IMG/VR virus record: IMGVR_UViG_3300043497_000005
DNA length: 64,000 bases
Source: a virus
Direction: 5' to 3' (one strand)
A program made the translations under genes and the position numbers. The notes beneath the pieces were generated by a model. The model searched no databases. It was not told where the DNA came from and saw only the letters and a list, made by a program, of their open reading frames with translations. Below, piece after piece: positions 54,694-64,000 of this stretch (positions are counted from its first letter, which is position 1; the number at the start of each line of letters is the position of its first letter).

Positions 54694-54717
54694 TCTGGTT
54701 TCTCCTGTTGGGATCGT

Positions 54718-55011
54718 TCAGATCACGTGAGCGGGGGTTGATATTTCGAGAGCCTTGATGGTCAGCGCGTGCAGCCTCACCGACAGCACCATGATCGGCT
54801 CAGCGTGCGCTGCAGGCGCTGAGAAGACTCGTATCTCGCGGACGTAGTCGCCCACCAACTGGTCCTGCACTATGGGTGTGATCATCACCGAGCCGACCGG
54901 GTTGCACTCCATCGCGGTCGCCAGCATCTGCAGCGGCGATGGTTGCGGGACCGCATGCGCAGGCGGCACTGGTGTGGTCTGTCGTCCTTCGAAGAATGCA
55001 GTGTCAGCCAT
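54718..55011 (-). CDS. Hypothetical protein
   Basis: 97-aa coupled ORF. Confidence 0.55.
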   Translation of the reverse strand: MADTAFFEGRQTTPVPPAHAVPQPSPLQMLATAMECNPVGSVMITPIVQDQLVGDYVREIRVFSAPAAHAEPIMVLSVRLHALTIKALEISTPAHVI

Positions 55012-55029
55012 GTGATCTCCACTGATGTG

Positions 55030-55866
55030 TTACGGGACAGACCAAGTGTCATTCCCGGTGAACTGATGATAGGTGTAGCCGCCGCTCTCCCACACAGCGC
55101 CGCCACTCGCCCACGGCTTTCCGAGGTAGCGGATCACAACGATGCCGGAGCCGCCCGCTGCGCCGTGGAAGTATTGCGGCGATCCGAATATGCCGGTGTA
55201 GCAACCACCACCACCGCCGCCGCCAGAGTTGGCCGCGCCGGGATTGCCGTTGCCGTTCAGGCCACCAGAACCGCCGCCGCCGGAGCCGCCGGGAGCTTGC
55301 GGCTGGATGTGCGAGGGACCGCCACCTCCACCGCCGCCGCCATAGGTGCCGCCGTTGAAGCAACCTCTGCCGGGACCGCCGCCGCCGGATGGACCGGTTG
55401 GTGAACCACCGGGGCCGCCAGCGCCGCCGCCGCCGCCCGCAGCGTATCCTCCGGCGCTACTGCCGCCATCGTATCCCTGACCGGGTGTGCCACCGCCCTG
55501 CCCGGTCGTGTAGGCAGCACCACCGCCGCAGCCACCGCCATTGCCATTGCTGGCCGAGGCCACGTATGGCGACCAGCTTCCGCCACCACCACCGCCGCCG
55601 ACGACGCCGACGACGCCGTGGATGTACGTGTTGCCGCCGTTGACTCCGGTGTAGCCAGCGCCGCTATATCCAGAGCCGCCGCCGCCGATCTCGATAGGAT
55701 AGCCGCCAGCGTTCATCGCGGATGTGCCTTCGAGAACACCACCGCCGCCGCCACCACCTCCCGTGCCCCAACCGCCAGAACCACCACCGGCCACAACGAG
55801 CCAGTCGAACGTCGCCGGTCGCTGCCTTCCACCGGTCAACAAACTCGCTTGCTGCGCACCGGCCAT
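55030..55866 (-). CDS. Glycine-rich tail-fibre-associated protein
   Basis: VVAGGGSGG...GGSGIVVIRY pattern. Confidence 0.75.
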   Translation of the reverse strand: MAGAQQASLLTGGRQRPATFDWLVVAGGGSGGWGTGGGGGGGGVLEGTSAMNAGGYPIEIGGGGSGYSGAGYTGVNGGNTYIHGVVGVVGGGGGGGSWSPYVASASNGNGGGCGGGAAYTTGQGGGTPGQGYDGGSSAGGYAAGGGGGAGGPGGSPTGPSGGGGPGRGCFNGGTYGGGGGGGGPSHIQPQAPGGSGGGGSGGLNGNGNPGAANSGGGGGGGCYTGIFGSPQYFHGAAGGSGIVVIRYLGKPWASGGAVWESGGYTYHQFTGNDTWSVP

Positions 55867-57813
55867 TTAGGTCAGCGCTCCGGAGATGATCCAGACGCCG
55901 CCCTCGGTCTTGATCGCGGTGGCGATGCTGTTGACCGCGAGCGTGTGGTTGCCAGCGTAGCTGTTGCCACCGGATCGAAACATCGTCTCGGTGTTGTTGA
56001 TGTAGCAGGTGCCTGCGCGGTTGGCGTAGGTGATGGTGGTGCCGACCGGATAGAGCCCGCCGTTGATGGTGCACTGTCCGCCATTGACGTACATGACGAG
56101 GCACTTGCCCTGATCGGTACCGACCGTCCAGTAGCCGTGCGGGATGGCGTAGGCAGGGACCGTGGAGAACAGTTGCACGTCCCTCGGCTGTGCATAGAGC
56201 GAGAAATTGCTGGAGTTTAGAAAGCGCACCCAAGCACCCGGAACGCCACCGCTCCAGTTGCGGGTCCACAACTCATTGGGGTTATCTTCCCAGCCCCAAG
56301 CCTGTTGCATGCCCCAGAAATTGCTGGCGTTGCCGTGGCGCAGGTTGGCCTGAAACCACCAGCCTGCATTTGGTGCGTTGGCGGCAGCGTTGGTTTCGCC
56401 GCCGAACAACCATCCTGATACTGGCGTGCTCTGAAACGAAGAATTCCAGTTCACCCCGGAAAAACCTTGCGGTGCCTTGATGGCTGTCAACGCCGATCCG
56501 CCAACGAAGGCGAAGTCGGTGCCGTTATAGCTGATGTACTTGGTGCCGGTCTGGCCAAGCTCCAGCGTGCCGGACCCGGCTTTGACGTTGCCGCCAGCGT
56601 TAAGTGCGCCGGACAGCGTAACGATTCCGGTGATGTCGACGTTTCCGATACCGGAGAACGTGCCGTTATAGTTGAGGCCCTTGACGCTGAGCGCACCGTT
56701 GGCGCGGTTGACGCTCAATGCCGTATCGATGAAGACGCCGTTGTCGGCGTAGCGCAGCAACGAAACGTTGGAGCCGGTGTTGCCGCCGCCTTCTGGTGAG
56801 GTATCAGCGAGAGACAGCACCCATCGCCTGACGCCGTCGACCGACAGCGCCTCTATCATGCGATGCTCTCCGGTTGCGGTGGATCGCAGCCGCAGCGCCG
56901 GGTTTGATGTGGTGATCGTCAGGATATTGCCGACCGTGCCGCCAGCGCCGATGATCGCATCGACGTAGGCCTTGGTCGCCGCCATCGTCGGTTGTGACGG
57001 CGGACCGAACAGATACAGCGGGCCGGTCATCACCGCGCCCGATGACGACATCGATCCCATCAGATACTCGTTCATCCGGGCACGGGTCCATGCCGTGGTC
57101 GCCAGCATGTTGTCGTTCGAGTTGATGTTCGGATGCACGCCGGGCTGCACCGCAGTGAACGCCGTGGTGCCGTCCTTGCGGACGTAGTTGAAGAGATCGA
57201 TACCGGCCCCCTCCAAATCCTCCGCAACACTGAGGATCGAATTATACATGGTGACGACTTCGGCGTGGTCCGCCACCACCGTGTCGTGCATCGGGCCGAC
57301 CGCGTCGTGATAGAGCTTGGTGGAATCCGCCATGCCCGGTGTCGATGACACTACCCAGTCGCTGTGCGGCCCCGGGTCTCCATGCAGCGCCGTGATCATG
57401 ATCTCAAGGATGCCAAGCTCCTGATCGTACGACATCGTGCGCGCGATGGCGTAGTCGTCAGGCGTGTGCTCGATGATCAGATAAGGCGATGGCGTGAAGG
57501 TCTCACGCTGCACACCTTCTTCGATCTGCAGCGTCATGTACCCCATGACCAGTTCGTACTCGCCATCGACCGGCGCGAGCAGGAATCCAAGCTGGGTGAC
57601 CTCCAAGATGTCCTTGGTGGCCGGGATCAGGATTTCGTTCATCCGCAACAGCGCGGCGGCGCGAATTTCCTCGTTGACGCCAGCGAGAAGGTCTTGCGTC
57701 GATTCCAGATTCTGGAAGCGACCTTCCAGCGACGGCAGCAACCGCTTCATGTAGGGAAGCAGTTGCGTGCCGGGCTTTAGCTCGAACTCTTCGTCAAGCC
57801 GCTTCAGTGCCAT
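55867..57813 (-). CDS. Tail fibre protein
   Basis: MTGPL, ATKAYVD and beta-repeat segments; variable C-terminus. Confidence 0.75.
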   Translation of the reverse strand: MALKRLDEEFELKPGTQLLPYMKRLLPSLEGRFQNLESTQDLLAGVNEEIRAAALLRMNEILIPATKDILEVTQLGFLLAPVDGEYELVMGYMTLQIEEGVQRETFTPSPYLIIEHTPDDYAIARTMSYDQELGILEIMITALHGDPGPHSDWVVSSTPGMADSTKLYHDAVGPMHDTVVADHAEVVTMYNSILSVAEDLEGAGIDLFNYVRKDGTTAFTAVQPGVHPNINSNDNMLATTAWTRARMNEYLMGSMSSSGAVMTGPLYLFGPPSQPTMAATKAYVDAIIGAGGTVGNILTITTSNPALRLRSTATGEHRMIEALSVDGVRRWVLSLADTSPEGGGNTGSNVSLLRYADNGVFIDTALSVNRANGALSVKGLNYNGTFSGIGNVDITGIVTLSGALNAGGNVKAGSGTLELGQTGTKYISYNGTDFAFVGGSALTAIKAPQGFSGVNWNSSFQSTPVSGWLFGGETNAAANAPNAGWWFQANLRHGNASNFWGMQQAWGWEDNPNELWTRNWSGGVPGAWVRFLNSSNFSLYAQPRDVQLFSTVPAYAIPHGYWTVGTDQGKCLVMYVNGGQCTINGGLYPVGTTITYANRAGTCYINNTETMFRSGGNSYAGNHTLAVNSIATAIKTEGGVWIISGALT

Positions 57814-57817
57814 GTGG

Positions 57818-58324
57818 TCACGCCTTCTTCTTGGCCTTGGTGGATTCCGGCTCCGGTTCTGGCGTCACGTCCGGGCTCGATGGCACGTCCGGGTCGACCG
57901 GCGTGTCGCCAAGCTCGACCGCGTCAACGATGCACGGTTGCACTTCTGGATCGAGGCATGTCTCGCCGGTCATCTGGTAGCTCTTCGCCGGAGCCAGTGC
58001 GCGACCGGCGAAGATGCAGGCCTTGCCGAGCGTGACCTGATAGACCTTCCCTGCGGTGAAGGTGGGCAACGCTCGACCGCTCTTCTTCCATTCCGGCGGC
58101 GAGTCCTTCGACGGGGACGACGTCGGAGAGCCGATCACCATCACCCGGTCATCGACCCATTCCCCCTTGCGTATTTCACGTCGCGAGCCCTTGCCGTCCT
58201 GTGGCACATAGGGCATGAGCCCTGTCGGCGCTCCACCCGGATCGAGCCGGGCTCGCGCCGCCGCCAGCGCTCCCTCTTCCATCGGCATGTTGACGTTGCG
58301 TTGCGGATATTTATCCGTAGCCAT
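57818..58324 (-). CDS. Hypothetical virion protein
   Basis: 168-aa ORF with AAGGGAG RBS. Confidence 0.6.
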   Translation of the reverse strand: MATDKYPQRNVNMPMEEGALAAARARLDPGGAPTGLMPYVPQDGKGSRREIRKGEWVDDRVMVIGSPTSSPSKDSPPEWKKSGRALPTFTAGKVYQVTLGKACIFAGRALAPAKSYQMTGETCLDPEVQPCIVDAVELGDTPVDPDVPSSPDVTPEPEPESTKAKKKA

Positions 58325-58339
58325 ATTGAGTTCTCCCTT

Positions 58340-60703
58340 TTAAGCGATGGCGATGTCGACGCGCTCGCCCACCAAGAAAAGGGCGTTCACGTTATCGGTG
58401 GTGCCCTCGGACCTGATCTTGTAGGCCGTGATGGCGACGCCACCGAGCGCAGCGAGATTCCACGTGCAGCTTCTCACCAGAACCGTCGGGTCATCCGGAG
58501 AAACCTCGTCTTGGATCAGCGATGGCGTCCTCGCGTTGACGTAGCCCGCGCCCACCAACAGCCGTGGCGTGAAGCTGTGGTATGGAGCGCCACGCCACGA
58601 CTCCAGACGGAAGTCGCAGTACACCGTGGTCACCGGACCGGGCGTGGTGCGGGCGGTAGAGATGTGGCGGAAGTCCGAGCGCGGACGCGTTGTCAGCGAA
58701 CGCGAGTTGGACGCAACACCAAAGCCCGGCATTTCGTCCGTGGTGCCAAGCAGGGTGACCCTGAACGGCAACAGCGGTGGCAGAGCTACCAACGGGTTGC
58801 CTTCGTGATAGTAGCCGAGAGGCCGCCAGATTCCGTTGACCTGCACCTCGAAATTGATCGCTGTTCCGGGCGGCTTGGTGCTGTCGAAATTGAGATCGAT
58901 GGCAGAAATTCCGCCGTTCAATTCGAGCGACAGCAATTGCGTGGTGCACTGCGTGGTGCGGAATCTCGCGAAGTAAAGCCGGAACGACAGGTCCTTGGTG
59001 AGATCGCCGACCGACCATGCCCCATCGCTCGATTGAAACATCGAGCCCTGCGCGAACTTGTTGTTGTGCACCAGCGCGACGAAGTGGTTGCCCGGCGTCT
59101 GCAGGACAATGGCGTAGCGCTGGCCTTTGGCAAGATAGGTTGGGATGAAGTCGAACTTGGTACCGTTCGGCGGCGCACGCAGCCGGTCCGCAGTGAGCGT
59201 CGAGCGCGCGATGGTCCGCTCGAAGTTGGGAGCGCCCGCCGCGTTGCATTCGCAGATTAGGCAGTGAACGTCGCCGGTTGTGGCGATACGCGTGAAGAAG
59301 ATATCAACACCGGTCATCCAGCCGCCCTGAGAGTTCAGGTAGGTCTGTGAGATCACCGACCCGGACAGGCCTTCGATGGTGACCACCTGCCGCCAGTAAT
59401 AGCTGTCGATGATCTCATCGACCCAGAACTGCACCAGCCGGAGAACCGTGTGGCTCGGGTTGTCCATCACATCGAGGATTTGGAAGGTCTCGGTGCCGCG
59501 CGTCAGGATGTTCCTGACCGGGTCGTAGATCAGATCAGTGTTCGGCGTATAGCCGCCGACGCCTGATTGTTCATGGGATTGCAGGAAGCCGGTGCCGTAG
59601 TCATGACCGGCTGGTGCAAACCACCACCAGCCATTGGAGCAGACCACGAATGGCGTGCCCCACCGAATTCGCGTGCGGGTCTTGGCGCAAAGCTCCCATG
59701 AGATCGTCTGGTACTGATATTGCGAGATCGACATCTCGGAGTCTTTACCGAGCACCTCGATGCGAACTACCTGATCGTAGACCGGCAGCACAAAGTTGGC
59801 TTGGTTGATTACTCCGGGGTCCATCGGGTTCAGCAATGCGAACTGCGCATCACGTTCGGCTGCGTTCGGGAAGCGAATGCCTTCCTCCACCTTGGCCAGA
59901 TAATCCACGTGATACAGATCGGTCTCGTCAGGCGTCAGGAAATGATCGGCTCCCCAAGACGAATAGGTGTCAGGCAGCCCGCTCTTTTCCTTCACGCGTG
60001 CAACGTCGGCTGCGATCTGCAGCACGAACTTCATTCCAGCGGTGCCGTTCAACCGGGCGGCCAGCGCAGCCATGTCGGTCGCCAGCGTGTCGAGGCGTGA
60101 CGCGGTTTGCGTGCGCCACGCATCCATCTCGTTCATGCGGGCATCGAGATCGGTAACGTTCGGCGCGCGGTTTTCGTCCACCATCTGGATCGAGACGATG
60201 CCGGTAGAGTCCAGCAATATCCATGCAACCGCCAGCGTGTTCGACGCCACGCTCGGGTGCTGCGGGTCCGGGCCTTCAGCGCCGATCACGGTCGAGACGT
60301 TGGCCCACCTGCGGTTCTCGGTCGAGACCACACGCGCCACCGTGGCGCGGGTCACCGGGTCCGTGAGGAAGGTTCTCGGTTCGGTATCGGTCTCGATCTC
60401 TTGGCCCCACGCCACCACGCCGACATAGCGCCGCGTCACCACCGGCAGCACGCCGAGCATGTCGAGTGACGATCCGCCCTCGCTGTCGTTATAGAACACC
60501 AGACCGTTGTGGTAGAGCCTGCCGTTGCCGACGGTGACCACCGCAGGCGCGGTCTGCACCGTGGTGAAGCCGGTGTAGGCCATGCCGGGGATGAGAGTAT
60601 CCGCCACGATGTGATCAAACGAGGCGCGTGGAAACAAACCGAAGTTGTTGAAGTCCTCGACCGTGACCTTCTGCCAATCTTGGATATTAACTTTCCGTTC
60701 CAT
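58340..60703 (-). CDS. Large tail/baseplate-associated structural protein
   Basis: 787 aa; lies between gpI-like and fibre genes. Confidence 0.65.
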   Translation of the reverse strand: MERKVNIQDWQKVTVEDFNNFGLFPRASFDHIVADTLIPGMAYTGFTTVQTAPAVVTVGNGRLYHNGLVFYNDSEGGSSLDMLGVLPVVTRRYVGVVAWGQEIETDTEPRTFLTDPVTRATVARVVSTENRRWANVSTVIGAEGPDPQHPSVASNTLAVAWILLDSTGIVSIQMVDENRAPNVTDLDARMNEMDAWRTQTASRLDTLATDMAALAARLNGTAGMKFVLQIAADVARVKEKSGLPDTYSSWGADHFLTPDETDLYHVDYLAKVEEGIRFPNAAERDAQFALLNPMDPGVINQANFVLPVYDQVVRIEVLGKDSEMSISQYQYQTISWELCAKTRTRIRWGTPFVVCSNGWWWFAPAGHDYGTGFLQSHEQSGVGGYTPNTDLIYDPVRNILTRGTETFQILDVMDNPSHTVLRLVQFWVDEIIDSYYWRQVVTIEGLSGSVISQTYLNSQGGWMTGVDIFFTRIATTGDVHCLICECNAAGAPNFERTIARSTLTADRLRAPPNGTKFDFIPTYLAKGQRYAIVLQTPGNHFVALVHNNKFAQGSMFQSSDGAWSVGDLTKDLSFRLYFARFRTTQCTTQLLSLELNGGISAIDLNFDSTKPPGTAINFEVQVNGIWRPLGYYHEGNPLVALPPLLPFRVTLLGTTDEMPGFGVASNSRSLTTRPRSDFRHISTARTTPGPVTTVYCDFRLESWRGAPYHSFTPRLLVGAGYVNARTPSLIQDEVSPDDPTVLVRSCTWNLAALGGVAITAYKIRSEGTTDNVNALFLVGERVDIAIA

Positions 60704-60713
60704 GCTGCCTCTC

Positions 60714-62168
60714 CTAGAGCAAGTTCACGACTTGCTGGTCAATGGTGGTTTCGTTGTAAGCGCGTTCGCGTAGCTCGATCAGGCGCGTCGGGTCGTAGGC
60801 AACGCGCACACGATCTCTCAGCGCCTGTGAAGTGACGACGGCTCGGCTAGCGCGGTCGAAGTCGGCCATGTCGACTGCGCTCGCGAAGTAATTGTCGTCG
60901 GTGGTGAAGCCTTCATCACCGAACCAACTCCACCAATCGTCATCGGCATGAAGGTGGATCATCAGGTCCGCCGTGTAGGCGGGCCATGAGACGTAATCGA
61001 CGCCGACATAGGAGATGCCGCCAGTGATGGTCGCGACGATGTCAGGGTCGTACAGGAAGATGCGATCAGCCAGCATGCGCGCGGCGTCGTATCCGGCGTC
61101 GGCGTAGTAGACGACGGGGACCGGCGGTACCGGATAAGGAACGGTGTTCGGCGGCGTTGGCGGCAGCACTATCGGGTGCTCCGGACGCGGGATGGTGTCT
61201 GGAAGCTCGTGATCAGGATGCGGCAGGTCACTCGGGTGCGTGATGTTGCGGCTGTCGCTCCAATCGCCGACGAAGAAGAACGAATTGCCCCAGCCGATGT
61301 CGCTATTGCGCTCATAGCGCACATCGATAGGCTCAAGCCCGGGCAGCACCATGTCGAGATGCAGTTGGCTCTGCTCGTGGCTATAGCTGCCGTCGACGCG
61401 CACCGTGATCAGCTTCGGCACGATGGCTTCAGCACAGACGAACCTCTCATCGTTAACGAAGTCCTCGGTCATGATGGCGTGACCGGCCTGCCCCGGCAAC
61501 GCGATCTGCTCGAAGTCCACCGAGGCGACGCCGTTGATCTCTTTGGTGAAGGTGTAGATTTGCAGCGGGATGTCCTGCCCGGTCCGCAGCCGCAGATACG
61601 CCTTGCGACCGTGCAGCGCCTCGCCATCATCGAGCCCGACGAAATCGTTGACGCCGCCCTTGTCGGAATACAGCACATCAACGCCGTCCCAACCGATCCC
61701 CTCCTCGAAGGTGATGCGGATCGACGGCATCATGTGAATCCAGAAATCGTAGGCCGCCTTGTCCATCGAGGGCGAGGCGAAGAACGCCTGCGGCGGACGG
61801 ATCGCCTGCACCACCTCGTAACCGACCGGCCCGACGAAATCCCGCCCGCTGTAGTGGAGCGCCATTTCGATTCCGGCCTGCGTGCCGCGCAGCGATTTGT
61901 ATTCGAACTGCCGCGCCACCCATTCGCGTTGCGTGCTCTCGCTCCAGCCCTCCTCCCACAACAGCACGCCCTGCGCGTAGCCGAGATAGGGCAGGTTGTT
62001 GTAGCTGATCTTGTAGGGGTCCCACTGGTCGATGATGATCTCGGCATAGGTGCCGATCAGCCGCTCACCGTCGACGTCGGCCATCGCCTTTTCGAGACCT
62101 GACGCCGAACGATAGAGCAGTTTCGCACCGGGTGCTTTGATCAGCCCCTCTGTGACGATGTCGTTCAT
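60714..62168 (-). CDS. Baseplate wedge/tail protein I-like
   Basis: WDPY...LPYL...W...W...RGT..GIEMAL; start MNDIVT at 62168. Confidence 0.8.
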   Translation of the reverse strand: MNDIVTEGLIKAPGAKLLYRSASGLEKAMADVDGERLIGTYAEIIIDQWDPYKISYNNLPYLGYAQGVLLWEEGWSESTQREWVARQFEYKSLRGTQAGIEMALHYSGRDFVGPVGYEVVQAIRPPQAFFASPSMDKAAYDFWIHMMPSIRITFEEGIGWDGVDVLYSDKGGVNDFVGLDDGEALHGRKAYLRLRTGQDIPLQIYTFTKEINGVASVDFEQIALPGQAGHAIMTEDFVNDERFVCAEAIVPKLITVRVDGSYSHEQSQLHLDMVLPGLEPIDVRYERNSDIGWGNSFFFVGDWSDSRNITHPSDLPHPDHELPDTIPRPEHPIVLPPTPPNTVPYPVPPVPVVYYADAGYDAARMLADRIFLYDPDIVATITGGISYVGVDYVSWPAYTADLMIHLHADDDWWSWFGDEGFTTDDNYFASAVDMADFDRASRAVVTSQALRDRVRVAYDPTRLIELRERAYNETTIDQQVVNLL

Positions 62169-63115
62169 AGGGCGCGCCCGCCGTAGGTGATCGACAGGCT
62201 TGTGACCCTGACCAGCCAATCCAGCGGCACGAACACGTTGTCTTCCGGCGAAACGATGTCGACGTGATGCACGCCGCTCATCCGGCACGCCGCATGGATC
62301 GCGGTGTGGCTGTGATCGTGGCCAAGCCAGTATTGGTCGTTGATCAGCGCTGCGATGTTGTCCCTGATCTTGGTGATGGTCTGGTCCTGCGCCGTGCCGG
62401 GATACAGCCACACCACGATCTTGTATTCGATCTCCCTGATCTTCGGCGGGTTGACCGAGATCACGTCGGTCAGCGCCATGCGCGACAGGCTCTGGATGTA
62501 GGCGCGGATCGTCACAAGCTCTTCATCCGTCGGCTTCGGACCGGCAGGCGGCTCCTTCAGGCAGGTGATCAGGATTGTCGGATAGTAATCGTGCTGCACT
62601 GAGCGAATGGCCGTTACGTCGCGTAGTGACGGCAGCGCGGTGAGCGCCCAAAATTCGTAGGCTTCCGCCGTGCCATGCGGTGACAACGTGTTTGGCGACA
62701 GCCAGATGCGCCGACGATAGCGGTCGTCGCTCTCGCCCGGCAGGCGAGGAACGCCGCCGGGATAGCGCGAGGCGATAGCATCGAGATCGGTACCGATGGC
62801 GTAGGCCAGCGTGATCGAGCGAGCCGCCTGATTGACGCGATCCCGCAGCATCAATTCGAAATAGCTGCACGCCTCTTGGTTGATCTTGATCGGATCGAAC
62901 TCAAGCTCCTCGACGTCGTACTGCGCAGCAACCGGCGGATCGTACTGCATCCACAATTGCTTCAGCCGCGCCATCCGGTCAGCGAGGATTTGCTCGACGT
63001 CGAGCTTCTCCAGCACGATCATCGGCTGCAGGTTGGCTGGCAGGATGACCGAGATTCTATCGGTCAGCCTGTCGGCCAGTGCCTGTCCGCCGCCTTGGAT
63101 GTAGACGTCGCTCAT
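62165..63115 (-). CDS. Baseplate J-like protein
   Basis: AIGTDLDAIA...ESDDRYRRRI...HGTAEAYEFWAL. Confidence 0.9.
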   Translation of the reverse strand: MSDVYIQGGGQALADRLTDRISVILPANLQPMIVLEKLDVEQILADRMARLKQLWMQYDPPVAAQYDVEELEFDPIKINQEACSYFELMLRDRVNQAARSITLAYAIGTDLDAIASRYPGGVPRLPGESDDRYRRRIWLSPNTLSPHGTAEAYEFWALTALPSLRDVTAIRSVQHDYYPTILITCLKEPPAGPKPTDEELVTIRAYIQSLSRMALTDVISVNPPKIREIEYKIVVWLYPGTAQDQTITKIRDNIAALINDQYWLGHDHSHTAIHAACRMSGVHHVDIVSPEDNVFVPLDWLVRVTSLSITYGGRAL

Positions 63116-63681
63116 AATTGGCTCCCCGGCGGAATGTTGGGTGTGGTGCCGATGCCGAGCGGCGGAGCGCCGGAGATGTAACCTCCCTGCCGCTCCCAGA
63201 GATTGTAGCCGCGCGACACCAGCCCGGTGGCGCGTCGCACCTGCGGCGTGTCGTTGCCGAGGTGGCCGCGTGGCCGGTAGATGCCATCCATCGATGTGGT
63301 TAGCTCGCCCCTGCGAAGCTCCTCCGGCGAGGTCAGGCCGGAGCCATCGGCACGCTTGCCGACGCGCACGCGCTGGATGCGATAGTTCGGCTCCCACAGA
63401 TCGAGCCCGGTGGAGATCGCCCAGTAGAACCGGCAGATCGTGGTCTCGGTCGCGTTCTCGCCGATCAGGTGAGGCACGAACGAACCGACCCACCGACGCA
63501 ACACCCGCTCGTGGTATCGCGTCGAGAAGATCAGCAACATCGATTGCTCGACGTGATCCCACCCGGTGAGCATCTTGCCGGTGATCCGGTCCATGCCGAT
63601 GCGCACAGGGTTCAGAACGATGCGGCCATAGCGAAGGTCTGGCCACATGTCCGAGGTGGGATCGTAGAGTTCGTTCGCCAT
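63112..63681 (-). CDS. Baseplate wedge W/gp25-like protein
   Basis: IGMDRITGK..TGWDHVEQS...STR...RRWVGS...WEP. Confidence 0.85.
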   Translation of the reverse strand: MANELYDPTSDMWPDLRYGRIVLNPVRIGMDRITGKMLTGWDHVEQSMLLIFSTRYHERVLRRWVGSFVPHLIGENATETTICRFYWAISTGLDLWEPNYRIQRVRVGKRADGSGLTSPEELRRGELTTSMDGIYRPRGHLGNDTPQVRRATGLVSRGYNLWERQGGYISGAPPLGIGTTPNIPPGSQL

Positions 63682-63687
63682 CGCCGC

Positions 63688-64000
63688 TTACCTCGGCGGC
63701 GTTGTCGGCGGCACCCGCTTGTCGCGCGGACCTCCTTCTGGTTTGGCCTGCGCCTGCGGGTTGTCCGGGTTGGTCGACGTGAACGGCTCCTGCTTCTTGC
63801 CCTTGTGGCTGCGGGTCTGCCGTCCAGAGTAGCCGCCGACGCCAGCGAACATCGGCGCGCCGGATTGGATGCGCCTGTCGTACCTCGGAATCCGCTTCGG
63901 ATCGGCGTCGTTGTCCTCGCTGCGCCCGCGCGTGACCTGCGCCAGCATCTTCTTGGCGGCCTCGCCGATCTCGCCGACCGGCTTGTCGCCCATCAGCCCC
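63688..64000 (-). CDS. Partial hypothetical protein (start beyond window)
   Basis: Open frame reaches the window edge. Confidence 0.5.
   Translation of the reverse strand, partial: GLMGDKPVGEIGEAAKKMLAQVTRGRSEDNDADPKRIPRYDRRIQSGAPMFAGVGGYSGRQTRSHKGKKQEPFTSTNPDNPQAQAKPEGGPRDKRVPPTTPPR

Noticed and set aside
1-64000. tRNA/rRNA genes, integrase, transposase, major capsid protein
   Set aside because: None recognised in this window; capsid genes presumably lie outside it.

Overview
This 64-kb window is most of a high-GC tailed-phage genome with a P2-like contractile tail, probably infecting an alphaproteobacterium. The host inference rests on a GcrA homologue and two PEPxxWA-CTERM genes. Minus strand 1-12.3 kb holds the head/packaging genes: a NusG paralogue, terS, terL, a portal with a large C-terminal extension, and MuF. 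The 13-44 kb region holds early/accessory genes: AAA+ ATPase cluster, helicase, RuvC-like, MT-A70 methylase, GcrA, RecE/RecT, HNHs and PEP-CTERM proteins. Minus strand 44-64 kb holds lysis, tail and baseplate genes. No capsid, integrase or CI-type repressor was recognised; the genome continues past both ends. The main result is a RAMP/Cas7-like gene (26607-27431) with a partner gene (27490-28044), followed by a 1.5-kb array of GGY-NN pentamers. The array is cut into 25 units by a 4-nt GGCA step and closed by a terminator. Reading only the variable NN dinucleotides as 'NN, skip one base', two array units spell gapped near-matches to codon positions 1-2 of genes in this phage (the RuvC-like gene and the ORF at 29588-29773). 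An orphan GGY-NN unit at 7988-8060 does the same for the neighbouring portal 5' end. This points to a non-contiguous, wobble-skipping RNA-guided DNA-recognition system aimed at related competitor phages. From memory it resembles recently described phage 'VIPR' systems; that identification needs checking. All parsing and alignment was done by hand.
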